Source of the DNA: an uncultured Nitrososphaerota archaeon
Lineage (GTDB): Archaea > Thermoproteota > Nitrososphaeria > Nitrososphaerales > Gagatemarchaeaceae
Length of the DNA stretch: 64,000 nucleotides
Assembly: GCA_963838925.1 (NCBI GenBank)
Contig: CAWISW010000002.1
Location: 480,001-544,000 of the forward strand
Reading direction: 5' to 3'
The notes beneath the pieces are model-generated. The model did not search any database. It was not told the DNA's origin and worked only from the letters and a program-made list of their open reading frames with translations. Shown piece after piece: positions 1-9,743 of this stretch. Numbering within the stretch: position 1 is the stretch's first letter; each line of letters starts with the position of its first letter. A program made the position numbers and the translations under genes.

Positions 1-26
1 CCTGACGGGGCTGCGACTGGTGCGTC

Positions 27-305
27 TCAGAACTTGTTGTGTCGCTCTGACTTTGCTCTGACGTTCACTATCCCGTAATGTACGGAACAGCTGATGCAGT
101 AATAGCGAACGGTTATGGGAGCCGCAATGTAAGCGCCGGCCGCCCTGAGCTCCCGAGCGAGCAGGGGTTCGACCATGCTGAGCCGCGTCGTCACCTTCTT
201 GGCCTTGTCCCTCGGGACGTGCGCGCCGCAGTTGCTGCATGAAATGAAGCCGGAGCTGCCCTTTCCGCCCTTCGATCTTCCCCGGCTCTTTCTCTTCTTT
301 GTCAT
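27..305 (-). CDS. rps26e: 30S ribosomal protein S26e
   Basis: MTKKRKSRGRSKG...CSNCG..VPRDKAKK...YCISCSVH, the eS26 zinc-finger pattern; start moved to ATG 305. Confidence 0.95.
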   Translation of the reverse strand: MTKKRKSRGRSKGGKGSSGFISCSNCGAHVPRDKAKKVTTRLSMVEPLLARELRAAGAYIAAPITVRYYCISCSVHYGIVNVRAKSERHNKF

Positions 306-421
306 CCTGAATACCGAGAAAGGCGCCGCCAAGGCCTGTTTAAAAGCTTGGGGCGCGCCGACTGGGTCGTAAGACCCCAGCAAGTCTTAAGACGCTTCCA
401 AAGTGGAGAGGGGGAACAGGG

Positions 422-1321
422 TTGAACGTCCTCGTCGCCGGCTTCATCACCATCGACAGGATCGAGCTCAACATGCGGCAGATCACCTCCATAGGCGGCC
501 CTCCCTGCTACGCGGGCCTCCTGTGCTCCAGGTTCGGGTTCGACGTCACCCCTCTCACGAAGATAGGCCCGGACTTCCCCGACGAGCAGATAGTCTGGCT
601 GGCGCGCAACGGGCTCCAGCTCCGCGCGATCGACAGGAGCAGCACGAAGAAGACCACCCGCTTCAAGCTGGTGAACAAGGGCGAGGAGAGGTCGCTCTAC
701 CTGGTCGAGAGGTGCGAGGACCTCAGCGTCGAGCAGGTCCCGGACAAGCAGTTCAACGCCTCCCTGATCAGCCCCCTCGCCCACGAGGTCTCCACCCAGG
801 TGTTCGAGGAGGTGCGGAAGCGGTCCGACTTTTGCTTCCTCGACCCGCAGGGTTTCGTCAGGATGTTCGACGCCTCTGGCCGCGTAGTGATAGACAGCTG
901 GAACGACGAGAGGGTCCTCGGCAACGTGGACGCGCTGAAGATGGACCTCGAGGAGGCGAACGCGCTCACGGGGACTTCCGACGGGAAGGCCGCCCTCACC
1001 AAGCTCTCGAAGAAGGTCCGCAAGGCGGTCGTGACCAGGGGCAGCGAGCCTGCGCTCGTCCTCGACGGGAACAAGATCTCCCAGGTCGAGGTCCCCAAGG
1101 TCAAGGTGGTGGACAGCACCGGCGCGGGGGACATCTTCGCGGGTGCGCTGATCAGCTGCTTCCTGCGCTCGAGGGACTTTCTGTGGTCTTGCTGCTTCGG
1201 GATAGCCGCGTCGTCGCTCTCCCTGACCTCCGTCGCCCTGACCAAGATCGAGCTCCCCCGGAGCGTGGACGCACAGGCGAGGAAGCTCTACGCGTCCGCG
1301 ACCACGGTCCAGACCGTCTGA
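422..1321 (+). CDS. PfkB/ribokinase-family carbohydrate kinase
   Basis: N-terminal GG motif and C-terminal DSTGAGD PfkB signature. Confidence 0.9.
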   Translation: MNVLVAGFITIDRIELNMRQITSIGGPPCYAGLLCSRFGFDVTPLTKIGPDFPDEQIVWLARNGLQLRAIDRSSTKKTTRFKLVNKGEERSLYLVERCEDLSVEQVPDKQFNASLISPLAHEVSTQVFEEVRKRSDFCFLDPQGFVRMFDASGRVVIDSWNDERVLGNVDALKMDLEEANALTGTSDGKAALTKLSKKVRKAVVTRGSEPALVLDGNKISQVEVPKVKVVDSTGAGDIFAGALISCFLRSRDFLWSCCFGIAASSLSLTSVALTKIELPRSVDAQARKLYASATTVQTV

Positions 1322-1323
1322 GC

Positions 1324-2757
1324 TCAGTACGCTTTCGCTAGGTACGCGAGCTCTATGCCCTTCGACCCGCACCAAGTGCAGGACTGGGCGTGCTTCTCCT
1401 CGACGTCGACCCTCCTCCCGCGGACCTCGTACCCTCCGGTCAGCGCCTTGATCTCACTGGCGCACTCGTCCCTCCCGCAGAACGTGAACCTGATGAACCC
1501 GCCCTCGCCCCCGGCCTTCGCCAGCAGCGCCTCCCTCGAGGGGGCGTCGTGGATGTTGGAGTTGAGCCATGCCCACGCCCTCCTTGAGAGCTCGGAGAGG
1601 ATCTCCTGCTCGAGGGCGGCCAGCCTTGCCACGAGGGCGTCCTCCGGGACGCTCTCCCTCTTCCTGAGGTCCCTGCGCGTGACGGTGAGGACCTTGCTCT
1701 CGGCCTCCCTCGGGCCTATCTCGACCCTCACAGGAGTGCCGAGCATCTCCCAACGGTAGAACTTCTCGCCCGCGGTTTCCGAGCCGTCGTCGACCTCGAC
1801 CCTGTAGCCCGCCTTCTCGAGCTTGCCCTCGAGGGCGCGCGCGTAGTCCACCAGTGACGGCTCGTTCCGGATTGGGATAACAACAACCTGCGTCATTGCC
1901 GCCTTGAAGGGCAGCACGAGCCCGTACTCGTCGCCGTGGACTGAGATGACCAGCGCCGCGATCCTCGAGACCCCCGGGCCGAAGCACGTGGACTCGGGCA
2001 CGACCTTCTGCCCCTCGGCCGAGAGGAAGGAGACCCCGAAGGGGGCGGTGAACCTCTTCCCCAGCAGGTGCGTGGTCGCCGACTGGAGGACCTGCTTGTC
2101 CGGCAGGATCACGTCGTACGCCAGGCTCCGCTCAGCGCCGGGGAACCTGTCGAAGGGCTCCCTCTCGATGGGCAGGAACGGGAGGGCGAACTCCTCGAAC
2201 GTCTTTCGGGTTATCTCCATGTCCTCCTTGAGCTGGGCCTCGGCCTCCTCCTTCTTCGCGAAGACGTCGTGCGACTCCACCCAGAGGAACTCCCTTCCCC
2301 TGAACAGGGGGCGCGTGGCCTTGGTCTCGTGGCGGTATACGGCGCAGGACTGGAAGGCCTTGAGCGGGAGGTCCCTGTAGCTCCTTATCCACAGGGCGTA
2401 CATCGGGTATATCGCGGTCTCGGAGGTCGGCCTGATGAACAGCCTCTCCTCGAGCTCCTCGCCACCAGCCTTCTCGACGGAGAAGACCTGGTTCTCGAAG
2501 CCCTTGACGTGCTCCTTCTCCACGAGGAGGTTCTTGTAGGGTATCAAGAGCGGGAAGAGCATCGCCCTGTGCCCGCTCGCTATCAGGTGCCTCTCGAGCG
2601 TCTCGTAGATCTCCCTGATGACGTGCATGAGGTTTGGCCGAAAGACCACGAACCCCTTCACGCCGTAGCGCACGTCCGCCAGCTCTGCCTTCTCCGAGAC
2701 GAGGTCGTACCACTCGCCGAACTGCTTGAGCTTGTCAGGGAGGGGTGCCTTCGCCAA
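1324..2757 (-). CDS. proS: Proline--tRNA ligase, archaeal/eukaryotic type
   Basis: RPTSET, YRHETKATRPLFRGREFLW, anticodon-binding domain and C-terminal AKAY. TTG 2757 preferred as start because a TATA-like element lies about 30 nt upstream. Confidence 0.95.
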   Translation of the reverse strand: MAKAPLPDKLKQFGEWYDLVSEKAELADVRYGVKGFVVFRPNLMHVIREIYETLERHLIASGHRAMLFPLLIPYKNLLVEKEHVKGFENQVFSVEKAGGEELEERLFIRPTSETAIYPMYALWIRSYRDLPLKAFQSCAVYRHETKATRPLFRGREFLWVESHDVFAKKEEAEAQLKEDMEITRKTFEEFALPFLPIEREPFDRFPGAERSLAYDVILPDKQVLQSATTHLLGKRFTAPFGVSFLSAEGQKVVPESTCFGPGVSRIAALVISVHGDEYGLVLPFKAAMTQVVVIPIRNEPSLVDYARALEGKLEKAGYRVEVDDGSETAGEKFYRWEMLGTPVRVEIGPREAESKVLTVTRRDLRKRESVPEDALVARLAALEQEILSELSRRAWAWLNSNIHDAPSREALLAKAGGEGGFIRFTFCGRDECASEIKALTGGYEVRGRRVDVEEKHAQSCTWCGSKGIELAYLAKAY

Positions 2758-2816
2758 CGATTTCCGTGCGCCCGCGCCTCCTACGAGATTTAAGGCTTCG
2801 GCGCGCCGAGGGCCCC

Positions 2817-3437
2817 TCAAAGGCCGGCGAGGCTGGTGACGATGACCGTCGCCCCCAACACAGTGAACACGGCGATCGACAGGAACTTGATCCTCTTGGG
2901 AGAAAGGAGCCTCCCCAGCCTATTCCCGAGGGCGGTCTCCACCGCGACGGCCGCAATCAGCCCCACGACGGCCCCGAAGAATACGGCGAAGACGTCCTGG
3001 AACCTCGCGAGGAAGACGATCGTCAGGACCTCCGTGGCGTCCCCTGCCAGGTCCAGCGCGATGAGGGTGAGCACCGCAGGGACAAATATCGACCACGCGC
3101 TGGTCCCGCGCCTGCTGAGGAGCCTCTCCTCCCTCTCCTCAGCCCCGCGTTCCTCGTTGGCGAACCTGTAGTACTCCCAGGCTGCGTATGCGAGCATGAT
3201 CGCGCCGCCCGCGAGCTTGACGGCGACCACGGGGACGAACGCGATGAGCACCGACCCCAACAGGACGATTATGGCCGTCGTTATCGTGAAGGCGACAGAG
3301 CCTGCCGCGAAGACGAGCGACGCCTTCGTCTTCGTCGCCAGGGCCAGCAGGAAGAGCGCGTCCTTGTCGGTCAGCTCGGCCACGAAGATGGTCCCCATCG
3401 TGGTGAGAAGCGCCGTGAGAAGCATGGCGTCCGCCAA
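2817..3437 (-). CDS. UPF0016/TMEM165/GDT1-family Ca2+/Mn2+ transporter
   Basis: Two E/D-x-G/T-D-K/A motifs (AELTDK, DLAGDAT) in a polytopic membrane protein. Confidence 0.85.
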   Translation of the reverse strand: MADAMLLTALLTTMGTIFVAELTDKDALFLLALATKTKASLVFAAGSVAFTITTAIIVLLGSVLIAFVPVVAVKLAGGAIMLAYAAWEYYRFANEERGAEEREERLLSRRGTSAWSIFVPAVLTLIALDLAGDATEVLTIVFLARFQDVFAVFFGAVVGLIAAVAVETALGNRLGRLLSPKRIKFLSIAVFTVLGATVIVTSLAGL

Positions 3438-3570
3438 TCACTCCGCCCCCCCGGACGACGAGAGACCCAATCCGACCGACACCTCGCCCGGCCTTCGCGT
3501 AAAGGCTTTCCCGCCCGTACGCGAGGAAGAGTGATATCTGCCCCCTGCGGTGGCATGACGAGATACCCAC

Positions 3571-4443
3571 GTGGGAAAGCTAACGATAGGCTTCCAGGGG
3601 GAGCACGGCGCCTACAGCGAGGAGGCGATCTTCAAGCAGTTCGGGAGGGACGTCAAGACCGTCCCGACCCCGAGCATCCACGAGGTCTTCAACCTGGTGG
3701 AGGCGGGGGCCGTGGACCTGGGGGTCGTCCCGGTCGAGAACTCCGTGGAGGGCAGCATCAACGAGACCTACGACATGCTCGTCTCGTCGAACCTGAGCGT
3801 CGTCGGCGAGGTCGTCCTTCGCGTCGTCCACTGCCTAATCGCCCTTCCCGCCGCAAAGCTCGGCGGAATCAAGGTGGTGTACTCTCATCCCCAGGCACTC
3901 GCCCAGTGCAGGAACTTCGTGACGTCGATGGGGGTCGACCCCATCGTGACATACGACACCGCGGGCAGCGTGAAGATGATCAAGGAGAAGCGCCTCGAGG
4001 GCGCCGCGGCCATCGCCGGGGAGAGGGCCGCGGAGATCTACGGGCTCAAGGTGCTCAAGAAGGGGATAGAGGACTACTCCACGAACTCCACAAGGTTCCT
4101 GATAGTCTCGAGGGACTCGACCGAGCGCGGCCGGGCGCGCGGTCCGGGTGCGCGCAGGGCGGGCATAAGCTCGGGAAGCAAGACCTCGCTCATCTTCGCC
4201 GTCCCGCACACCCCGGGGTCGCTCTACAACGCCCTGGAGGTGTTCGCCAGGGAGAAGATCAACCTCACCAAGATCGAGTCGAGGCCGACGAAGGAGCGCC
4301 CGTGGGAGTACTACTTCTTCCTGGACTTTCAGGGGCACAGGGAGGACCGCAAGGTCGTCAAGGTGCTCACGGAGCTGGCCGCGAAGACCGCCTTCATGAA
4401 GGTCCTTGGCTCGTACCCTCGGTCCAAGGCTGATGGCTCCTGA
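3571..4443 (+). CDS. pheA: Prephenate dehydratase with ACT domain
   Basis: GAYSE, PVENS, SHPQALAQC, TRF and NLTKIESRP motifs. Confidence 0.95.
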   Translation: MGKLTIGFQGEHGAYSEEAIFKQFGRDVKTVPTPSIHEVFNLVEAGAVDLGVVPVENSVEGSINETYDMLVSSNLSVVGEVVLRVVHCLIALPAAKLGGIKVVYSHPQALAQCRNFVTSMGVDPIVTYDTAGSVKMIKEKRLEGAAAIAGERAAEIYGLKVLKKGIEDYSTNSTRFLIVSRDSTERGRARGPGARRAGISSGSKTSLIFAVPHTPGSLYNALEVFAREKINLTKIESRPTKERPWEYYFFLDFQGHREDRKVVKVLTELAAKTAFMKVLGSYPRSKADGS

Positions 4444-5039
4444 TGTCCGCCGGCGCGACCCCCCTCGGCGACTCCCTCTCCCTGGTCTCGGAGGAGGTCA
4501 AAGTGTGCTCGAGGTGCCCCCTCCACTCCACGCGGACCAACGCGGTCCCCGGCGAGGGCCCGCAGGACGCCTCGGTCGTGATAATCGGGGAGGGGCCCGG
4601 ACGGAACGAGGACGCCCAGGGGAGGCCTTTCGTCGGGGCGGCGGGGAAGCAGCTCGACGGCCTGCTCAAGGAGGCCGGGCTGAGCAGGGGCGACGTCTAC
4701 ATAACCAACGTCGTGAAGTGCCGACCTCCCGAGAACCGGCGCCCCACGGTCGCGGAGGCCGACGCGTGTCGCCCCTACCTCGAGAGGCAGCTCGAGCTGC
4801 TTAGCCCGAAGGTCGTCGTCCTCCTCGGGGACAGCGCCTTGAAGCGCTTCCTGCCAGAGGAGACGCTGGGGGCTTGCCACGGGCGCGTCTTCAGGAGGGA
4901 GCGCTACGCGGTCTTCCCGACCTACCATCCTGCCGCCATGATCTACAACAGGTCCCTTGAGACCGTGACAAGGGAGGACTTTCGGGAGCTCGGGAGGTTC
5001 TTGGCGTCGGCAAAAGCCGGAGCCGTGAAGGCGGACTAG
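4443..5039 (+). CDS. udg: Family-4 uracil-DNA glycosylase (4Fe-4S)
   Basis: CxxC, GEGPG, PFVG.AG, NVVKCRPP and HPAA motifs. Confidence 0.92.
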   Translation: MSAGATPLGDSLSLVSEEVKVCSRCPLHSTRTNAVPGEGPQDASVVIIGEGPGRNEDAQGRPFVGAAGKQLDGLLKEAGLSRGDVYITNVVKCRPPENRRPTVAEADACRPYLERQLELLSPKVVVLLGDSALKRFLPEETLGACHGRVFRRERYAVFPTYHPAAMIYNRSLETVTREDFRELGRFLASAKAGAVKAD

Positions 5040-5635
5040 TCCTTCTTGGGGCGAACCAGGATGTAGGCAGCGACTAAGAGGAGTGTCAGCCCGACTCCCA
5101 GCCCGGCGGCCGTGTTGTGCTTGCCCAGCTCGTACAGCGAGACCGGCGAGACTATCAGCAGCGCGATCACCAAGGCGTTCCTCAGGTTCGCGCCCTGCAC
5201 CTTGAACGAGGGCAGTATCAGGAAGCTGAGGAAGACGAGGAGCGCTGGGAACACGAGGGGATATCTCCCGTCCAGCAGGTTGTAGACCATCGTGCTGGGG
5301 TTAAAGTCCGCGGAGTAGAGCGCCGCTATCACGGACAGAATCGTAGACGCCGCGGCTATCGCCTGCAGCCGGCCGCTTAGCTTGTTCAGGGCCGCCTTCC
5401 GGTCTTCTGGGGGTTCGGCGTTGAAGTCGAGCACAGCCGCAAACGCGACTGCGGCGAACCCTATCAGGAAGACCAGGGGGTTCTGGGAGACCTCGACGTA
5501 CACCAGCTGGGGCAGGATGGCCGAGAACCCGGCCCCCGACCAGAGGTAGAGGGCGTAAACGAAGTTGAGTATGAACGGTGCCACGTAGAGGAGGAGAGCG
5601 ACGTCCCCGTACTTCCCATACTCTGTCCTGCTCAA
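5036..5635 (-). CDS. Hypothetical polytopic membrane protein
   Basis: About six hydrophobic segments; codon usage typical of the window. Confidence 0.7.
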   Translation of the reverse strand: MSRTEYGKYGDVALLLYVAPFILNFVYALYLWSGAGFSAILPQLVYVEVSQNPLVFLIGFAAVAFAAVLDFNAEPPEDRKAALNKLSGRLQAIAAASTILSVIAALYSADFNPSTMVYNLLDGRYPLVFPALLVFLSFLILPSFKVQGANLRNALVIALLIVSPVSLYELGKHNTAAGLGVGLTLLLVAAYILVRPKKD

Positions 5636-5694
5636 GGATATCCCCGCGCGCCCAAGGCCGGGTTAAAACTCTTCTCTTGCCGGCGAGTCGCCAT

Positions 5695-6462
5695 CTAGCC
5701 CATCTTCCTCCCGAAGACCAGGTAAGCCGTGTGAGCCACCATGAACATCGAGGGCCTGGTCATGCCCGTCCTCGCCTCGATGTTGCGCGCGATCAGCTCC
5801 AAGGTCTCCGTCGCCACGAAGCCCTCGTCGTGGAGGGTCTGTACGAGCTTCTCGCACTGGTTCATCGTCGGGCAGATCGCGGCCAACATGGCAGAGGGGG
5901 CCAGCGCCTCCTTGACGGGCTTGACGAGCTCCCATGGGTCGCCCATGTCGATCAGCGCCGCGTCGAGGTCCCTCTCCTCGACCCCGAGCTTGGCGTCCTG
6001 GGTCTTCAGCGTGACGTTCTCGGCCAGCCCGAACCTCTCGAGGTTCCTCTTCGCCCCCGCCTGGAACTCCCCGTTGATGTCGTAGCTGAACACCCGCCCC
6101 CCGGGCGCCACGGAGTACGCCATGGCAGCGGTCGCGGCCCCGCTCCCTGTCCCCGCCTCGAAGACCCTGCTCCCGGAGTGTATCCCGCACTTTATGATTA
6201 TCATGCCGATGTCCTTGGGGTAGATGACCTGCGTCCTCCTCGAGAACTTCATGACGATGTCCTCAAGGGTGGGCTTTAGTATCATCAGCTCGTCGTTCAG
6301 GGTCGTCATCACCTTGGTGCCGTAGTCCTGGCCCACCAGTGCCTTGAGGTCGAGGATGCCCAGGTGGGTGTGGAGCTTCGGCGTCTCGGATGCCCTGACC
6401 AGCCACTTCCTCCTCCTGTCCCTGTAGACGAGGATGAAGGAGTCGGCCGTGATCTTTTCCAT
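5695..6462 (-). CDS. trmI: tRNA (adenine-57/58-N1)-methyltransferase
   Basis: TQVIYPKD, EAGTGSG, D(M)GDPW and RP..MVAHT motifs of the TrmI/Gcd14 family. Confidence 0.92.
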   Translation of the reverse strand: MEKITADSFILVYRDRRRKWLVRASETPKLHTHLGILDLKALVGQDYGTKVMTTLNDELMILKPTLEDIVMKFSRRTQVIYPKDIGMIIIKCGIHSGSRVFEAGTGSGAATAAMAYSVAPGGRVFSYDINGEFQAGAKRNLERFGLAENVTLKTQDAKLGVEERDLDAALIDMGDPWELVKPVKEALAPSAMLAAICPTMNQCEKLVQTLHDEGFVATETLELIARNIEARTGMTRPSMFMVAHTAYLVFGRKMG

Positions 6463-6541
6463 GCTGACTGTCCGCGGCCCGTCGCCGAGCGTTTTTAGTC
6501 CTTTACTTTTTCCGTGCAGCTCTCACGGTGGCGCTCGAAGC

Positions 6542-7771
6542 TCACCTGTTGCGCCGCCAGCCGTGCTGGTTGCGCGCGCCCCAAGTCCTCTGCCCGTTGC
6601 CGCCGGGTCGCCTTCCTCCGCCGCCGTGGCTCGACGAGCCCGGCACGAACGTGTGCATCTTGTCCTCCGGCCTCATGGGAGCTATCGGCGCCTTTGTCAT
6701 CTTGAGGATGCGCCCGAAGTCGCCCGACTCTTCCTGCGAGACGAACGAGAAGGCCTTGCCCTGTCTCCCGGCGCGGGCCGTCCTGCCCACCCTGTGGAAG
6801 TAGATGAGGGGGTCGACGGGGACGTCGTAGTTCACTACCATCGCGACCTGCGAGACGTCTATCCCCCTGCTGGCGATGTCCGTCGCGACGAGGATGTCGG
6901 CGTGTCCCTTCCTGAAGGCGTTCATGTAGTGGTCCCTCTGGTTCTGGCTGAGGTTGCCGTGCAGCGGCACGACCTCGTACCCCTTGTGCTGGAGGTCCAT
7001 CGCGAGGCGGTCCGCCCCGCGCTTTGTCCTCCTGAAGACTATCGCGCTGGTAGGCCGCTCCCTGTCGAGAAGGTCGGTCAGGAAGGCGAGCTTCTGGTCG
7101 TGCTTGACTATCGCGAAGTACTGGTCGAGCGTGTCCACGGAGGGCTCGTCCGAGTCCACCATGATCCTCTCAGGGTCGTTCATGTACTTCCTGGAGAGCT
7201 CCGTTATCTTCTGGGGCATCGTCGCCGAGAAGATGCACACCTGCTTCTTCCCGGGGATGCGGCCGAGGATGTAGTCGACGTCGTCGATGAAGCCCATGTC
7301 CAGCATGGTGTCGGCCTCGTCGAGGACCACGAACTTGACCGAGCTCAGGTCGAGCGACCCTCGCTTGATGTGGTCGATCACCCTTCCAGTCGTCCCGATG
7401 ACGACGTGGACTCCGTGTCTCAGCTCCGCCCGCTGGCCGCCAATCGCCTGGCCGCCGTAGAGGGTGACGCCCCGGATGCCGGTGAACGCGCCGATCTTCC
7501 CCATCTCCTCCGTTATCTGGACCGCGAGCTCCCTCGTCGGCGCGAGGACGAGCGCCTGGACCTTGAGGCTCTTCACGTCGACCGACTGCAAGAGGGGCAG
7601 GGAGAAGGCCACGGTCTTGCCGGAGCCCGTCTTGGCCTGCCCTATCACGTCCTTGCCCTTCAGCAGGGGGCCGATGGCCCGCACCTGAATGGGGGAGGGT
7701 GTCTTGAAACCCATCTTTTCGACGCCTTTCAGCAGCGAGGAGTCGAGCTGCATTTCTTGGAAACTACTCAT
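6542..7771 (-). CDS. DEAD-box RNA helicase
   Basis: Q motif, AKTGSGKT, PTRELA, DEAD, SAT, HRVGRTAR and a Gly/Arg-rich tail. Confidence 0.95.
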   Translation of the reverse strand: MSSFQEMQLDSSLLKGVEKMGFKTPSPIQVRAIGPLLKGKDVIGQAKTGSGKTVAFSLPLLQSVDVKSLKVQALVLAPTRELAVQITEEMGKIGAFTGIRGVTLYGGQAIGGQRAELRHGVHVVIGTTGRVIDHIKRGSLDLSSVKFVVLDEADTMLDMGFIDDVDYILGRIPGKKQVCIFSATMPQKITELSRKYMNDPERIMVDSDEPSVDTLDQYFAIVKHDQKLAFLTDLLDRERPTSAIVFRRTKRGADRLAMDLQHKGYEVVPLHGNLSQNQRDHYMNAFRKGHADILVATDIASRGIDVSQVAMVVNYDVPVDPLIYFHRVGRTARAGRQGKAFSFVSQEESGDFGRILKMTKAPIAPMRPEDKMHTFVPGSSSHGGGGRRPGGNGQRTWGARNQHGWRRNR

Positions 7772-8031
7772 TTTGTTTTTTCTTCTACAGGGATATCCTT
7801 GTAAGAAAATCAGAAACTAGAAAGCTCCGAATCGTCGAACCGAGAGATGCCTGCGAGAGAAGAACCTGCAGACCACGTATTTAACCCCTTGTGCTCGTAG
7901 GCTCATGCGACCTGGCTCGACGCGGGCCTAGAGATTGCAGGTGGCGTAGGCCCCGCGCGTTCTCCTGAGAGGAGCGAAAGGTTTCCGCGCTAACGTTTAT
8001 ATTGGTTCACGCCCCAAATTTGGACACTGGC

Positions 8032-8319
8032 ATGAGCAGCGGCACTGAGGAAGGGGGCCAGGGCACGGGAGGAAACTCCCAGTCTCGGGCGCGGTTTCCA
8101 GGCCCGCTTTTCTCCAAGGAAAAGCCGGTGAAGGTCGGCGAGGAGCTAGACGTCTTGGTTTCCGAGGTGAGCAGGCGGGGCGACGGAGTGGCCAGGATCC
8201 AGGGGTTCGTCATCTTCATACCAAACACGAAGCAGGGGATGCAGGCGAAGATACGCATCAAGGAGATACGGCCGAGCTTCGCGACTGCAGAGCTCATCGA
8301 GAGCGGTCCCCCGGCCTAG
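8032..8319 (+). CDS. Single-TRAM-domain RNA chaperone (archaeal cold-shock type)
   Basis: KPVKVGEE.DV....SRRGDGVARIQGFVIF; TATA (tttatat) at 7996-8002 supports ATG 8032. Confidence 0.88.
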   Translation: MSSGTEEGGQGTGGNSQSRARFPGPLFSKEKPVKVGEELDVLVSEVSRRGDGVARIQGFVIFIPNTKQGMQAKIRIKEIRPSFATAELIESGPPA

Positions 8320-8328
8320 GCGAAGGGC

Positions 8329-8901
8329 CTAAGCCCGCCACCAGTCGAACCCGAGGAAGTCTACCTTTCGAGACTCTTCGTTCACTACCGCGACAATGAA
8401 CTGCTTTCTCACGGTGGTGGCAAGCCTCCCCGACCTCACCATCCCGGTCGCCGTGACCTGGGAGTCGTCCTTCTCCACCTGGACGAGGTAGGGGGCGTGG
8501 TCTATCCCCGGCCCGTGCTCGTAGACCGCGAAGTCCGAGCCGAACTTTATCCCCGGCCCCACCACGAACCCCGACTCGCGGAGGAGGCTGTAGACCAGGT
8601 ACTGCTCCCTGAAGTTGGGGTACCCCGCCGCGCAGAGGGCCTCCACCTCCTTCGCTGAGAGGAGCTCCCCTGCCTCGCTCTCGACCTTGAGCTTCTTCTT
8701 CTGGACGAGGTAGTAGCTCTCCATCAGGTCGAGTATCAGGGGGGCGTCGAAGTCAAAGTCCTTGGGCTTCGGGATGCCCAGGGGCTTGCCGTAGTACGAG
8801 TCCTTGAACAGGCGGCGGGACGCCTCGATGTCCCAAACCACTATCCTGTTCTCGAAGAGCCTGCCGGTGGCGACCTTGGCAGTGTGGGGCATGCGAGTCA
8901 T
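8329..8901 (-). CDS. endA: tRNA-splicing endonuclease catalytic subunit
   Basis: KFGSDFAVY..GPGIDHAPY and VRK carry the Tyr/His/Lys triad. Confidence 0.92.
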   Translation of the reverse strand: MTRMPHTAKVATGRLFENRIVVWDIEASRRLFKDSYYGKPLGIPKPKDFDFDAPLILDLMESYYLVQKKKLKVESEAGELLSAKEVEALCAAGYPNFREQYLVYSLLRESGFVVGPGIKFGSDFAVYEHGPGIDHAPYLVQVEKDDSQVTATGMVRSGRLATTVRKQFIVAVVNEESRKVDFLGFDWWRA

Positions 8902-8952
8902 CGGGCCTCTCGAGGGTATATCTGCGTGTCCCAGGAGCTCCGTCGGCAGGCG

Positions 8953-9606
8953 CTAGACGCCCAGGGCGACGATGGTCGTCGCGTCCGCGGCCGTCAGGGC
9001 GGCGTCGGCGGTGTCCTCTATCGCCTGCGCAAAGTCCCTCATCGTGATGAGGTCCCTGTAGCCGTGGACCGACTTTATCAGCTCCGTGATGAGCTCGCGG
9101 TGCTTCGTGTCTATCTCGCTCTCGAGCTTCTGGACCTGGGCCGCCATCTCGATGGACTGGTCGGGGTTGATCGACAGGGCCCTTACGCAGTCGTTCTGCT
9201 TTGAGATGGCCTCGATCAGCGTGTTGAGGAGCTCGTTGTAGGGGTCCTTGTACTTCTTCAGCTTGATGACGCTCCTCCTGACCTGGGAGAGCTTGAAAGC
9301 GGTCCCGTTGAGGTGCCCCACGACGCTCTCGATGGCGAACGCCACCCTGAGCAGGTCCTCCTTGTTCATGAGGAGCGTCCCGACCTGCGAGAGCTCCCTG
9401 ATGAGCGACCTTCGCAGCGTGACCACGTCCTCCTCCGCCTTTTTTATCCTCTCAAGGCAGGACTTTAGGGTGCCCTTGTCGTTCGAGAGGACTGCCTGGT
9501 ACTCCTCCCTGAGCACACGGCCCGCGTCGGTAACCCTCCTGACTTCGTCTTCGAGGACCAAGAGGGTTCGTCTCCGGGCCTGAAGGTCTGCCTCTGAGCC
9601 TGACAG
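8953..9606 (-). CDS. DUF47/PhoU-like helical protein (putative phosphate transport regulator)
   Basis: Duplicated E-E/S-x-x-x and D-x-x-D helical motifs. The frame stays open past TTG 9561 to CTG 9606/ATA 9609 behind a GGGGAG SD-like element; start uncertain. Confidence 0.75.
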   Translation of the reverse strand: MSGSEADLQARRRTLLVLEDEVRRVTDAGRVLREEYQAVLSNDKGTLKSCLERIKKAEEDVVTLRRSLIRELSQVGTLLMNKEDLLRVAFAIESVVGHLNGTAFKLSQVRRSVIKLKKYKDPYNELLNTLIEAISKQNDCVRALSINPDQSIEMAAQVQKLESEIDTKHRELITELIKSVHGYRDLITMRDFAQAIEDTADAALTAADATTIVALGV

Positions 9607-9743
9607 TATAAACTCCCCGCTCAGGCTATGAATGTTGAGAATATAAAAGAGGGGACTTTGCGCATCAGACGACTCCGCGCGGGCAGGAGCGCCTCGGACT
9701 CAGCCTTTTATCGTGGGACCGGGCTTTGAGCCTGTGAACAAGG

